The notes below the pieces were generated by a model. The model ran no database searches. It was not told the origin of the DNA and saw nothing but the letters and a program-made list of their open reading frames with translations. From Promethearchaeota archaeon (lineage in GTDB: Archaea; Asgardarchaeota; Lokiarchaeia; Sigyniarchaeales; SOKP01): a DNA stretch of 64,000 bases. A program made the translations under genes and the position numbers. Where the stretch lies: NCBI GenBank assembly GCA_048941015.1, contig JBHLNZ010000010.1, positions 1 through 64,000 on the forward strand, written 5' to 3'. Position 1 is the first letter of the stretch. Each line of letters begins with the position of its first letter. Positions 40,001 through 50,653 of this stretch are shown here, in pieces.

Positions 40001-40321
40001 TTATTCTGGGAATGGTGGGTGTGGTATGTACATTTCAACTTTTTGCCATTCAACAATCGATTCAAGTTTTTTTTCTAATTTTTGGTAATCTGGATCCAAA
40101 TAGCTTTTAGTCAATAATTTCTCCATTTTTGCCATACTATCCCATTCTCTTTCAACTATTAAAGTATCATTATTATATGCACCCATCAAACTTCGGAAAC
40201 GTTTCTTTGGGGGGAAACCTAAATTTGCTTCAATTTCATCAAATCTCTTATCAATTTCATCTAAATCATTCCACTTTCCAGGATAAATCTTTTGAATTAA
40301 TCTTAAGATTACTTTTACCAT
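40001..40321 (-). CDS. Small dimeric alpha/beta-barrel (NIPSNAP-like) protein
   Basis: PGK, LIVEREWDSMAKME pattern. Confidence 0.6.
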   Translation of the reverse strand: MVKVILRLIQKIYPGKWNDLDEIDKRFDEIEANLGFPPKKRFRSLMGAYNNDTLIVEREWDSMAKMEKLLTKSYLDPDYQKLEKKLESIVEWQKVEMYIPHPPFPE

Positions 40322-40437
40322 TAAATTTCACCTCAAATTAATTATTGATGTAAATAGGTATTTTACAGAAATGTTAATATTTTATTTAATTTTTACTATT
40401 TTTAAAAAAAATATTAAAAAAAGAAAAGCAAAAGAAT

Positions 40438-41613
40438 TTAATTTTCTCTAACTTTGGCTAGAAACTCTTTTGAAGGTGCCTGGTTAAATAAAAACATATC
40501 AACGACTTGTTGGCTAAATAACTCATCTTTTTCTGTTAATTCAAACATTTTAGAAAGATTCTGTCCCATATTTTCGAAGAAGAAATCAATCATTGGTAGT
40601 CTCATCTTAAAATTCCTAATAATTTTTTTAATATTTGGATAATTTTTGTAATTTTTTAAAGCTTTAGAACTAAAATCTTCTATTTCTAGTGCATTAATAG
40701 CTGTTTCTGCTGCTGCTTGTCCAGATACAATGCTAGGATGGATTCCTTCACCACTTATTGGTGAGACGAAACCGGCAGCATCACCTATAAGCATAATATT
40801 ATCTCCATATAAAGCTTTGTCCACTACCCCTCTAGCAGGTAAAGGAAAACCTGCTTCCCAAATTACATTGTATCTCTCTTGAGGAAGAAAGTTCCTTATA
40901 AAGGGATTTTTCAAGAATTCATTGAAGATTTTATTAATATCATAGCCTAAATTATCTTCCTGCCAAGTGCCACAACCAACATTAAATCTTTGCTCATCTA
41001 ATGGAAATAACCAACTATATCCTTTAAAAGATTTATAAAATATTGACATTGTTTCTTTATCTATATAATTTTTTCCCTCCATTATTGCACATTTACATAC
41101 GCCAATATCTTCTATTTTCCATTTATCTCGTAGTCCCGATTTGTTTGCTAATTTAGAACTCATACCATCTGCTACTATGAAAATTTTACCAAAATATTCC
41201 TTTATTCCCGAAGGACTTCTTGTTTTTATCCCAACTTTTTGTTTATTTTTTGTTATAAAATCATATGAAACATTTTTGTCAAAAAGAATTGCTCCTGCAT
41301 CTACAGCTACGTCCTGAAGAAAATTATCAAATTCGAGGCGATCCACCACAATTGAAGATTCTCTTATCCCTTTCCATGAATATGTGAATTTATGAAAATC
41401 AGCAGAATACATGGTCATTCCTGTTATTGGAGGATATTTTGATTTAGACAGCTGAGGATAATATTTAAATATTCGCGAGCTTACAGCACCGCCGCAAGGT
41501 TTCCGCCAATCTCTATTCTTTTCTAATAATGCAACTTTATAACCAGCTTTAGCAATAACTTCAGCAGCTTTAGAACCAGCTGGTCCAGCTCCAGATATTA
41601 CTACATCATACAT
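40438..41613 (-). CDS. Geranylgeranyl reductase family flavoprotein
   Basis: GAGPAG, KPCGG, DR..FD, ADG, YSWLFP, GDAAG.VSPISGEGI. Confidence 0.92.
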   Translation of the reverse strand: MYDVVISGAGPAGSKAAEVIAKAGYKVALLEKNRDWRKPCGGAVSSRIFKYYPQLSKSKYPPITGMTMYSADFHKFTYSWKGIRESSIVVDRLEFDNFLQDVAVDAGAILFDKNVSYDFITKNKQKVGIKTRSPSGIKEYFGKIFIVADGMSSKLANKSGLRDKWKIEDIGVCKCAIMEGKNYIDKETMSIFYKSFKGYSWLFPLDEQRFNVGCGTWQEDNLGYDINKIFNEFLKNPFIRNFLPQERYNVIWEAGFPLPARGVVDKALYGDNIMLIGDAAGFVSPISGEGIHPSIVSGQAAAETAINALEIEDFSSKALKNYKNYPNIKKIIRNFKMRLPMIDFFFENMGQNLSKMFELTEKDELFSQQVVDMFLFNQAPSKEFLAKVREN

Positions 41614-41703
41614 TTTATATCATTTTAATTTAAATTCAATAATCTTCATTATTTGCTTTATTTATAATATCTCTTTTAAAATAAACATTCATTATTAAAA
41701 ATT

Positions 41704-43194
41704 ATGGTTATTGTTACCACGAATAGGGGAAAAATTAAGGGAGTTCAAGCAAAAAATCATCAATTTTTCTTAGGGATTCCTTATGCGAAACCTCCTGTAG
41801 GTGATTTACGATTTCGAGAACCACAACCTATGGATTCATGGAACGAAATTAAGCATACATCAAAATTTGGACCAATATCATATCAAAATCAAGTCGATAG
41901 CCCACCTATTAATCAAGAGCAAAGCGAGGATTGTCTTTATCTCAATATATGGACACCTAAAGCTGACAATGAAAATAGACCAGTAATGTTTTGGATACAT
42001 GGTGGTGGTTTCCTCATAGGAAGTAGTTCAAGGCCAAGACTAAACGGTGCAAGATTAGCAGCTTATGGTGATGTCATTGTCGTAAATTTTAATTACCGTT
42101 TAGGAGTTTTAGGTTTTCTTAATTTACCGAGTACTCCCCCCAATATAGGAATCCTTGATCAAATTGCAGCATTAAGATGGGTTAAGGAAAATATCGAAAA
42201 ATTTGGAGGTAATCCCACTAATATTACTATTTTTGGTGAATCTGCTGGTGCTATGTCCGTAGCAATTTTACTTGCTATTCCTTCTGCTAAAGGATTGTTT
42301 CATAAAGCAATTATGGAAAGTGGGGCTGCAAATCCGAGAGATTTCGAAGCAGAACGAGCGAAGGAGGGAGCAGAAGAATTTATGTCAAAATTAAAACTTG
42401 AAAATGGAAATATTAACGTTCTAAGAGAAATTCCAGTTAGTAGAATAATAAGAGTACAGAAAAAAATATGCGGAACCATGTTGGATCCTAGAATTAATCC
42501 ATTTAGACCTTTTATTGATGGAAATGTAATTCCAGAGCAACCCCTCGAAATTTTCCGAAAAGGAAAAGCGAATTCTGTTCCATTAATTATTGGATATAAT
42601 AATGAAGAATTAGGAGCTATATCAGACGTTCTAAATCAGGCAAATAAATTAAAAAGAAAAGTAATTTTAAGATATATTAGAGCACATATTAAGAAGAGAA
42701 ACATTTCTAAAGAAAATCTTAATAGACTAATTGAAGTATATAAGAAACAAATGGAATTAAGATATCCAAATAACCCTTTCAAATATTGGAGTGCCATACT
42801 TTCCGATTCTATGTTTAGGATTCCCATTATTCGTCAAATCGAGGCACAATGTAAACATCAAAAAGATATTTACTCCTATATTTTTCACTACGAATCGCCA
42901 AAATATGGGTATGCACTTCATACTTTTGAACTGCCTTTCGTATTTAATACTTTAGATACGGTAGATATGATGGAGGGAGCAATAGAGTTGAATGAAGAAA
43001 CAGAGAAATTATCTAATTTGATAATGGATACTTGGGTAAATTTCGCTCGAAATGGTGATCCAAACCATCAAAGCTTACCGGAATGGCCGCCATATGATAT
43101 AAAGAGGCGAGCTACAATGATGTTAGGTTTAAATCCCGTGGTCGAAAATGCACCTCTAGATGCCTTGCGAGAGATTTGGGATGGAATTATATAA
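41704..43194 (+). CDS. Type-B carboxylesterase
   Basis: GIPYAKPP, SEDCLYLNIW, HGGG, FGESAG. Confidence 0.95.
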   Translation: MVIVTTNRGKIKGVQAKNHQFFLGIPYAKPPVGDLRFREPQPMDSWNEIKHTSKFGPISYQNQVDSPPINQEQSEDCLYLNIWTPKADNENRPVMFWIHGGGFLIGSSSRPRLNGARLAAYGDVIVVNFNYRLGVLGFLNLPSTPPNIGILDQIAALRWVKENIEKFGGNPTNITIFGESAGAMSVAILLAIPSAKGLFHKAIMESGAANPRDFEAERAKEGAEEFMSKLKLENGNINVLREIPVSRIIRVQKKICGTMLDPRINPFRPFIDGNVIPEQPLEIFRKGKANSVPLIIGYNNEELGAISDVLNQANKLKRKVILRYIRAHIKKRNISKENLNRLIEVYKKQMELRYPNNPFKYWSAILSDSMFRIPIIRQIEAQCKHQKDIYSYIFHYESPKYGYALHTFELPFVFNTLDTVDMMEGAIELNEETEKLSNLIMDTWVNFARNGDPNHQSLPEWPPYDIKRRATMMLGLNPVVENAPLDALREIWDGII

Positions 43195-43199
43195 TAAAT

Positions 43200-44357
43200 C
43201 TAATTTCCATCTGAGTTAATAACATCCCAAACTGCTTGAGCAAGACTTTCACCTCTCGGTTCATCAAACAATCTCATTTTATTCATAGCATAACTAATAC
43301 TTAATTTTTTCTCAAGATCCATTATACAATAAGAACCTCCTAGGCCGCTCCAATAGAAACTACGTGGACCTTGTAGATAAATATCATGTGAAAGACCAAA
43401 ACCTAGTCCCCAAGACTTTGGCTGACGGAAAATAACTATATCTCTACCATGTATTTGTTCTTTTATAGCATTTTCTATTGTTGGGAAAGATAGAATCCGC
43501 TTATTATCAAGCTGACCACCACATGCAATTACAGCACCCACTTTTGCTATCGATCTTGCATTACCATGTCCATTAGAAGCTGGGATCTCAGCAGCACGCC
43601 AGTTTGGACTATTAAAATCTTTATTTAATAACACCGGATTAAACATGACTTTAAACGTTGTTTTAAAAAATAGTTTAAATAGAAACATCTTAAATTTTGA
43701 TACAGAATCATCTGGTGGAATTATTTCAGCAACCCTAGACTGATCTTCTTCAGATAAGCCAATGTGAAAATCTATATTTAGAGGTTGAGCTACTTCTTCC
43801 ATAAAAAAAGTACCTACTGATTTCCCTGTAACTCGGCGAATTATTTCACCTAAGAGATACCCAAAAGTTATTGAGTGATACCCGCTTCTTGATCCTGGTT
43901 TCCACCAAGGCTTTTGAGATGCTAATAAATCAACAATTTGATTCCAATCATACAAAACATCAATATTGATCTCTTTATCGAAACCAGGTAAACCTGCGGT
44001 ATGGCTTAGTAAATAACGAACTGGCAATTCTTTTTTTCCTGCTTGTGCAAATTCAGGCCAATAATTTGCTACTGGCGCATCTAAATCAATTAATCCTTTA
44101 TCCACAAGAATATGAACACATAATGCTGTCATAACTTTAGTTGTTGAAAAAACGTTCACTATTGTATCTTCTTGCCATGGTTGAGTTTGAGCTGCATCTG
44201 TAAAACCGCTCCATAAATCAACTACCATTTTTCCTTCCAACATTACTGCAAAAGAAGCACCAATTTCTAAACCTAATTGAAAATTCTTAGCAAAAGTTTC
44301 TTTTACTTTCTCAAACCGATCATCACAATATCCATGAATCTTCATGTTATTTTTCAT
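43200..44357 (-). CDS. Beta-lactamase-family serine hydrolase (family VIII esterase)
   Basis: FSTTK, LLSHTAG, WWKPG..GYH. Confidence 0.92.
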   Translation of the reverse strand: MKNNMKIHGYCDDRFEKVKETFAKNFQLGLEIGASFAVMLEGKMVVDLWSGFTDAAQTQPWQEDTIVNVFSTTKVMTALCVHILVDKGLIDLDAPVANYWPEFAQAGKKELPVRYLLSHTAGLPGFDKEINIDVLYDWNQIVDLLASQKPWWKPGSRSGYHSITFGYLLGEIIRRVTGKSVGTFFMEEVAQPLNIDFHIGLSEEDQSRVAEIIPPDDSVSKFKMFLFKLFFKTTFKVMFNPVLLNKDFNSPNWRAAEIPASNGHGNARSIAKVGAVIACGGQLDNKRILSFPTIENAIKEQIHGRDIVIFRQPKSWGLGFGLSHDIYLQGPRSFYWSGLGGSYCIMDLEKKLSISYAMNKMRLFDEPRGESLAQAVWDVINSDGN

Positions 44358-44481
44358 GACATTATTTAACTTTTAACGCTAAATAAATATTTTTACTGTT
44401 TTCTACATACCTGTCTAAATCTTTAGAACCTTTATATAGGTTTAAAGAGAATCTATAATTAATCAATTTTATTGCAAAAGA

Positions 44482-45852
44482 TTGAATCTTATGGAAAGTA
44501 AAATTGAAGCAAAATTAAGTCGACGCAATTTATGGGGTTATGCTATTGGAGCTATTCCTAATGGGCTTCTAACACTCATTTTCACTCTTAAATATATTGA
44601 ATATTTCTATGAAAAGCTTCAATTAAACCCAATATTATTCATAATTGGCCAAATTATTTATCTGGTGATTAATGCCCTTAATGATCCATTATTAGGGCAA
44701 TTATCTGATCGGACTAATCCTATGAAATGGGGGAGTAGAAGAAAGATATATATTAAATATGGAGCTCCAATATGGGCATTAGCTTTCATGCTAGTTTGGA
44801 TACCATGGAGTTTTAATAACCAAATTATTATCTTTCTACATTTTATCATTAGTATTTGCCTATTTGATACTATGCTAACATTAGTTGTTCTTGTATGGTT
44901 AGCTTTATTGCCTGAAATGACATCAGATTTGGATGAGCGAAATAAAGGCAATTTTCTTGCCCTTATTCTCGGTGCGATAGTAATTTTACCCACATTCCTA
45001 ATTGTTGGAGGAATGGATCCTACTTCTTTAGAATTTCGTGTTTTTATGTTAATTATTGCTATATTTTCTACAATTCTCTTATTATTAACTGCTTATCTTT
45101 GTCAAGAAAGCCCTGAATTCCGCAAGGATGAAGGTCTTCCACTAGGGAAAGCAGTAAAGGAAACATTAAAACTAAGATCTTTTCAGCTTTATATGGGATA
45201 CATTGTCTGTGATGCTTTCATTGGATCAATCGGATTGAGTTACTTATTTGTATACCTACTGATTTTAGGTGAGGGAGGTTTACTTTATTACTTTATTATC
45301 TTATTTTTCCTAGGCTACGGTTCAAACTTTTTATGTATGAAATTAAGACCAAAATGGGGGATGCATAAGATAATATTAAGGTTTGGAGCAATTAAGATAA
45401 TTGGTACATTCATTTTTTTCATATTATTGCTTTTTATCGATGTTCAGTGGTTTGTCATAACAGGTTTTGCTATTTTAACCTTTTTTGGAGGTTATACGAT
45501 ATTTAATACGCCTCTCCTATATTTATCGATAGATGAAGATGAATTAAACAATAAGTCTCGCAGAGAAGGCATGTTTTTTGGTATAGATGCGTTGATCCAT
45601 AAACCTACTCAGAGTATAGGTCCGATAGTTGCCACGATCATTTTAGAAGCGTTTAACTATGTCAAAGATTCTGATATTCAACCTGATTCAGCTTATTTAG
45701 GAATAAAAATACTCATGTTATTAGTTCCTGTTATAGTAAGTGCTATTGGGCTTATTTTTATCTACTTTTATCCAATTCATGGAGAAAAGCTAGATAAAAT
45801 GCGAGAACAATTAAAAATTCTACATGAAGAAAAACAAAAAAGAATAGAATAA
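44482..45852 (+). CDS. GPH-family (MelB-like) MFS sugar transporter
   Basis: NALNDPLLGQLSDRT, RREGMFFG, FYPI. Confidence 0.9.
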   Translation: MNLMESKIEAKLSRRNLWGYAIGAIPNGLLTLIFTLKYIEYFYEKLQLNPILFIIGQIIYLVINALNDPLLGQLSDRTNPMKWGSRRKIYIKYGAPIWALAFMLVWIPWSFNNQIIIFLHFIISICLFDTMLTLVVLVWLALLPEMTSDLDERNKGNFLALILGAIVILPTFLIVGGMDPTSLEFRVFMLIIAIFSTILLLLTAYLCQESPEFRKDEGLPLGKAVKETLKLRSFQLYMGYIVCDAFIGSIGLSYLFVYLLILGEGGLLYYFIILFFLGYGSNFLCMKLRPKWGMHKIILRFGAIKIIGTFIFFILLLFIDVQWFVITGFAILTFFGGYTIFNTPLLYLSIDEDELNNKSRREGMFFGIDALIHKPTQSIGPIVATIILEAFNYVKDSDIQPDSAYLGIKILMLLVPVIVSAIGLIFIYFYPIHGEKLDKMREQLKILHEEKQKRIE

Positions 45853-45905
45853 TTTTTTTTAAAATTTTATTTTATAATGAATACAAGTAAAATTAGGGAT
45901 AAATC

Positions 45906-48605
45906 ATGATAAATCCTCCTTATGATTTGAAATGTGAATATCTTGTTAATCCGATTGGAATCGATATTAAAAATCCAAGATTTTCATGGATTCTTGGCCA
46001 TCAAGAAAGGAATCAATATCAATCTGCCTATCAGGTTATAGTTTCATCAGAAAGTTCATTATTATTATCTGAAGTAGGGGATATGTGGGATAGTGGGAGA
46101 ATAGTTTCGGAACAGAATTTTAATATTCCATATAAAGGAAAACCATTAAAAAGTGATTCAAATTATTACTGGAAGGTAAAATGGTGGGATAAAAATAATA
46201 TCGAGAGTGATTACAGTAAGCCAAGTACGTTCGGTACAGTATTATTAAATAATTCTGAATGGAAAGCAAAATGGATTAGTAAAACGGAATTTATTGATGT
46301 AAAAACAAGAAAATTATATCAGTATAAATCAGGAAAAAGAAATTTGGCAGGTAGAATAAGAGAATATCATGCATTATATCTAAGGAAAGAATTCATTCTC
46401 AAAAAACCAGTTAAGTCAGCAAAAATATATATCTGCGGATTAGGTTATTACGAACTTAGACTCAATGGAAATAAGGTTGGAGATCGAATTCTAGACCCAG
46501 CACAAACTGATTACAATAAAGTTGCGCTCTATTCTACTTATGATATAACTACTAATTTGAAAAGCAAAAATGCTATAGGAATTATATTAGGAAATGGGCG
46601 CTGTGTTGAATTATGGGGTTATGACTTTCCAAAAGTAATTGCGCAAGTTCATATTCATTACGAAGATGGAAGCACTCAAATGATATACACAGATGAAAGT
46701 TGGAAACTATCCAATGGACCAATACAAGAAAATGGCATTTACTTTGGTGAAAAATACGATGCTCGATTAGAAATACCAGTATGGGATAAGCCAGATTATA
46801 AAGACTCTGAATGGGATTTTGCGGCAGAGGTTTCAGGATATACTTTATCTTCCCAGATGATGCAACCTATTAAAATTTCAAAACTACTTAAGCCTCAAAA
46901 ACTATATAGTCCCAAACCAGGAATATACGTTTATGATTTTGAGCAGAACTTTTCTGGTTATGTTCGTTTAAAAGTGCGTGGACCGCGAGGATGTGAAGTT
47001 ACATTAAAATTTGCTGAAATAGTCCATGATGATGGAACCATCAATACAGCAACTAATGGAAATGCTCCATCAACAGACATCTATATTTTAAAAGGGGAAA
47101 GAGAGGAAATTTTTGAGCCGCATTTCACTTATCATGGATTTCGATATGTCGAATTAACTGGATTTCCGGGAGTACCATCTTTAGATAATTTAGAAGGAAT
47201 TTTTATTCACAGCAATGTTTCTAAAGTAGGAGATTTCTTTTGTTCAAATCATTTAATTAATAAAATCCACACTAATATCCTTTGGGGTCAATTAAGTAAT
47301 TTAATGAGCATACCTACAGATTGTCCTCAGAGAGATGAGAGAATGGGATGGATGGGTGATGCACAACTTGCTATTGAGGAAGCTATTTTTAATTTTGATA
47401 TGGTACGTTTTTACAGTAAATATCTAAATGATATTAAAATATGTCAAAAACAAGATGGTTCAATATCTGACGTAGTTCCACCTTATTGGAAACTTTATCC
47501 TGCAGATCCTGCCTGGGGATCTGCTTATATTACAATCGCATGGTATCTATATTGGTATTATAACGATCTTCGTATACTCGAAGAGAATTATGAAGGAATG
47601 AAAAATTATATTGAATTTCTTATTTCAAAATCAGAAAATAACTTATTTCTAATGGGAAAATTTGGTGATTGGTGTCCCCCATGTTCCATAGTTTCAAGGA
47701 CAACTCCAATAGAACTGACTTCTTCTTGGTATTTTTATCATGACACTTTCTATTTGTCAAAAATTGCAGAAATTCTTGGAAAAAAAGAAGATAACGAACT
47801 TTATAAAAGTAAAGCCGAAGAGATTAAAAATGCATTCAATGAAAAATTCTTAAAGGTTTCTTATGAAACAACAAAATTATCTCCCGTAGATCGATCCGTG
47901 GGTCAAACATCGAATATTTTACCCCTCTATTTAAACATGGTTCCTAATAAAAAGAAAAAGAAAGTATTATCTATTTTAGTTAATGCTATTAGAGAAGATT
48001 TTGATTATCATTTCGATACAGGGATTTTAGGAACAAGGTATATATTTGATACTTTGTCTGAAAATGGTTTTCCAGAAGCTGTTTACAAAATGATTAAACA
48101 AAAAAGCTTTCCGGGATATGGATATATGATACTAGAAGGTGCAACTACTCTTTGGGAACGATGGGAAAAACTTGAAGGAGGAGGAATGAATTCCCATAAT
48201 CACATAATGCTCGGTTCTGTAGATGCATGGTTTTATAAAACTCTTGCAGGTATTACTTCAATACAACCTGGATGGAAAAAAGTAAGAATAAAACCGTATA
48301 TACCTGATGATATGGATTATGCTAGTGGATCAACAACTACAATTTTAGGGATAATTTATAGCAGTTGGGAAAAGTTAAATAATAAAATAAAAATGACTAT
48401 AAAAATACCCGTTGGATGCTCAGCTGACGTTTGGATACCAATTGAGGGAAAGAATATTATCATTAAAGAAAATGATGATATAATTTGGAAACCTGATAGA
48501 GAAAGCGAATCTAAAAACCAAGTAAAGTTCTTAAATCTTGAAGAGAAACATATTGTATTTAATATCGGTTCTGGATATTATGAATTCCTAATAGAAAAGT
48601 TTTAA
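45906..48605 (+). CDS. Alpha-L-rhamnosidase (GH78)
   Basis: PTDCPQRDERMGWMGD, FTYHGFRY, GATTLWERW, SHNH. Confidence 0.95.
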   Translation: MINPPYDLKCEYLVNPIGIDIKNPRFSWILGHQERNQYQSAYQVIVSSESSLLLSEVGDMWDSGRIVSEQNFNIPYKGKPLKSDSNYYWKVKWWDKNNIESDYSKPSTFGTVLLNNSEWKAKWISKTEFIDVKTRKLYQYKSGKRNLAGRIREYHALYLRKEFILKKPVKSAKIYICGLGYYELRLNGNKVGDRILDPAQTDYNKVALYSTYDITTNLKSKNAIGIILGNGRCVELWGYDFPKVIAQVHIHYEDGSTQMIYTDESWKLSNGPIQENGIYFGEKYDARLEIPVWDKPDYKDSEWDFAAEVSGYTLSSQMMQPIKISKLLKPQKLYSPKPGIYVYDFEQNFSGYVRLKVRGPRGCEVTLKFAEIVHDDGTINTATNGNAPSTDIYILKGEREEIFEPHFTYHGFRYVELTGFPGVPSLDNLEGIFIHSNVSKVGDFFCSNHLINKIHTNILWGQLSNLMSIPTDCPQRDERMGWMGDAQLAIEEAIFNFDMVRFYSKYLNDIKICQKQDGSISDVVPPYWKLYPADPAWGSAYITIAWYLYWYYNDLRILEENYEGMKNYIEFLISKSENNLFLMGKFGDWCPPCSIVSRTTPIELTSSWYFYHDTFYLSKIAEILGKKEDNELYKSKAEEIKNAFNEKFLKVSYETTKLSPVDRSVGQTSNILPLYLNMVPNKKKKKVLSILVNAIREDFDYHFDTGILGTRYIFDTLSENGFPEAVYKMIKQKSFPGYGYMILEGATTLWERWEKLEGGGMNSHNHIMLGSVDAWFYKTLAGITSIQPGWKKVRIKPYIPDDMDYASGSTTTILGIIYSSWEKLNNKIKMTIKIPVGCSADVWIPIEGKNIIIKENDDIIWKPDRESESKNQVKFLNLEEKHIVFNIGSGYYEFLIEKF

Positions 48606-48639
48606 ATAAGTTAAATTTAGAATTTTATTCTTTACTTTT

Positions 48640-50028
48640 TTATTCACTATTAGGTATTGGAGTTATTTTAAAAGAATATGCACTCGAATCAAAAAGATCT
48701 TTGGGTATTTCAAGAATTAGATTATTATCAACTTGAGACCATTTGATTGGATTATTATAACCCAATAATTGAATTTCTGAATTGGGATTAATTTTTAATG
48801 ATTTAATTACAACTTTTTTTCCTTTTGATTTATTTAATAATATTACGAAAAGAGAATTCTTAGTTTTAGTAAATTTCACATCAATATTATCAAAAGTTTT
48901 TTTTTCAGCTTTAATCCAAGGTCTTGTACCATAGATTGCTTCTCCATTAATCTCCAGCCATTTACCTAATCCTAAAATTGCTTTTTTCTGAAGCTCTGGA
49001 ATTGAACCATCCGCCTTAGGACCAATATTAAGCAACAGATTACCATTTTTGCTTACGATGTCGATAAACATCTTGATAAGTTCGTCAATTTTCAAATAAT
49101 GTTCCTCTGTCTCAAATTTATTAAAGCCATAGGAGTTTCCTATTCCTCGATTTGCTTCCCACTTTTTAGTCATTATTTTATCAAAAATTTCATATTCAGG
49201 AGTAAGAAAATCCCAGAAATGAACTTTAGGAAAATTTTCACCTTTTTTTTTGTATTGAATCCATCTGTCATTAATAATTCCTTCAGGAATTTTATTATAG
49301 TAATAAGCGAAAATCTCATATGCATTTGTAGGTACATATCCTATATCATTCCACAAAATTTTAGGCTCATATTTATCAATGAGCTCATACCAATGATTAT
49401 TAGCATATTCAATATATTCGGAAGTTCGGACGCCATTTTCAATAAAACTAGTATTATCTCTAATAGGTTCTGGGTTAAAAGACCAATCTAATAATCCTGA
49501 ATAATACACACCAAATTTCATTCCAAGAATTCTAACTTCTTTAGAAAGTTCTCCTATAATATCCCTACTAGCGTGATAGTTTTTCTTTTTTGGATTTTTA
49601 AAATTGCTAGGCCATAAAAGAAAACCATCATGATGTTTGGTAACGAGAACAACATATTTAGCGCCAGCTTTTTTAAATAATTGTGCCCACTCTTTTGGAT
49701 TCCAATTTTTAATCTCTTTATTAAAAATTGGTACAAAATCGTCATAAGTGAACTCTTTACCATAGTTCTCATAATGATATGTTTCTGTAGGACTACCTGG
49801 GATTCTAAGGGAATTTAAATACCACTCTGCATAAGGATTATTCTTAAAATGTTCTTCGGGACCTCTACTTTCAGATTCAATTAAATTTAAACCAGTCACA
49901 GCAAATGCTGGAACAGAATATAGACCCCAATGAATGAAGATTCCAAACTTGGCATCATGAAACCAATTTGGAACTTCATGTTTTTTTATCAATTTCCTTG
50001 TTGGCTCAAATCTCATTACCTTCACCAA
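48640..50028 (-). CDS. Alpha-L-fucosidase (GH29)
   Basis: KFGIFIHWG, YAEWY, TKHHDGF, LWND, GNLLLNIGP. Confidence 0.95.
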   Translation of the reverse strand: MVKVMRFEPTRKLIKKHEVPNWFHDAKFGIFIHWGLYSVPAFAVTGLNLIESESRGPEEHFKNNPYAEWYLNSLRIPGSPTETYHYENYGKEFTYDDFVPIFNKEIKNWNPKEWAQLFKKAGAKYVVLVTKHHDGFLLWPSNFKNPKKKNYHASRDIIGELSKEVRILGMKFGVYYSGLLDWSFNPEPIRDNTSFIENGVRTSEYIEYANNHWYELIDKYEPKILWNDIGYVPTNAYEIFAYYYNKIPEGIINDRWIQYKKKGENFPKVHFWDFLTPEYEIFDKIMTKKWEANRGIGNSYGFNKFETEEHYLKIDELIKMFIDIVSKNGNLLLNIGPKADGSIPELQKKAILGLGKWLEINGEAIYGTRPWIKAEKKTFDNIDVKFTKTKNSLFVILLNKSKGKKVVIKSLKINPNSEIQLLGYNNPIKWSQVDNNLILEIPKDLFDSSAYSFKITPIPNSE

Positions 50029-50636
50029 TCAGAAAAAGACTTTTCTTTTGAAAAATCTCTCTTCAAGGGTTTGCCCGTCATTAAGGTAAGATATCTAATG
50101 TAAGCAGATTGTTCAGCGCCTGTTACGTATTGTAACGCATCCTCTAGAGTCATTCCTTTAGCGAAGATTCCATGTCCTCTCACTACCACAAAAGGGTAAT
50201 TCTTAAGCATTTTAGGTACTTCTTTTGATGTGTAAAATGCCCCTGCTGGTATTTCAACGTCAATAATTGGAATTTTTTTATATAATGCAAAACCTTCAGC
50301 ATCTATACAAGTAATTTCATCCTCAATCAACGAAAGTGCGACACAAAATGGATTATGAGCGTGAATTACTGCCATGGCATCTGTTTCTAAATAAATAGCC
50401 CTGTGAACGCCAAGTTCAGTACTGGCAATAAGAGAACTCGAATCTTCTTCCTTTAATTCGCAAATTACTAAATCTTCTGGCTCTAATTCTCCAAGCATCG
50501 CTGCTCTCCTTTTAATAATTATCTTCCCTCCACTTCGAATGGAGATATTTCCTGAATGAGAAGTATTGTAACCATGTCTAACTAAATGCTTTCCAATTTT
50601 TCTAAACATTTTATATATTGATTCTTCAATAACCAT
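50022..50636 (-). CDS. Class II aldolase (fuculose/rhamnulose-1-phosphate aldolase-like)
   Basis: SGNIS.R, STE..VH, HAH, RGHG. Confidence 0.88.
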   Translation of the reverse strand: MVIEESIYKMFRKIGKHLVRHGYNTSHSGNISIRSGGKIIIKRRAAMLGELEPEDLVICELKEEDSSSLIASTELGVHRAIYLETDAMAVIHAHNPFCVALSLIEDEITCIDAEGFALYKKIPIIDVEIPAGAFYTSKEVPKMLKNYPFVVVRGHGIFAKGMTLEDALQYVTGAEQSAYIRYLTLMTGKPLKRDFSKEKSFSDW

Positions 50637-50653
50637 TTTCTTTAACCTTTTTT

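Noticed and set aside
43200-44357. Antibiotic-resistance beta-lactamase
   Set aside because: Motifs fit cytoplasmic family VIII esterases; no signal peptide.
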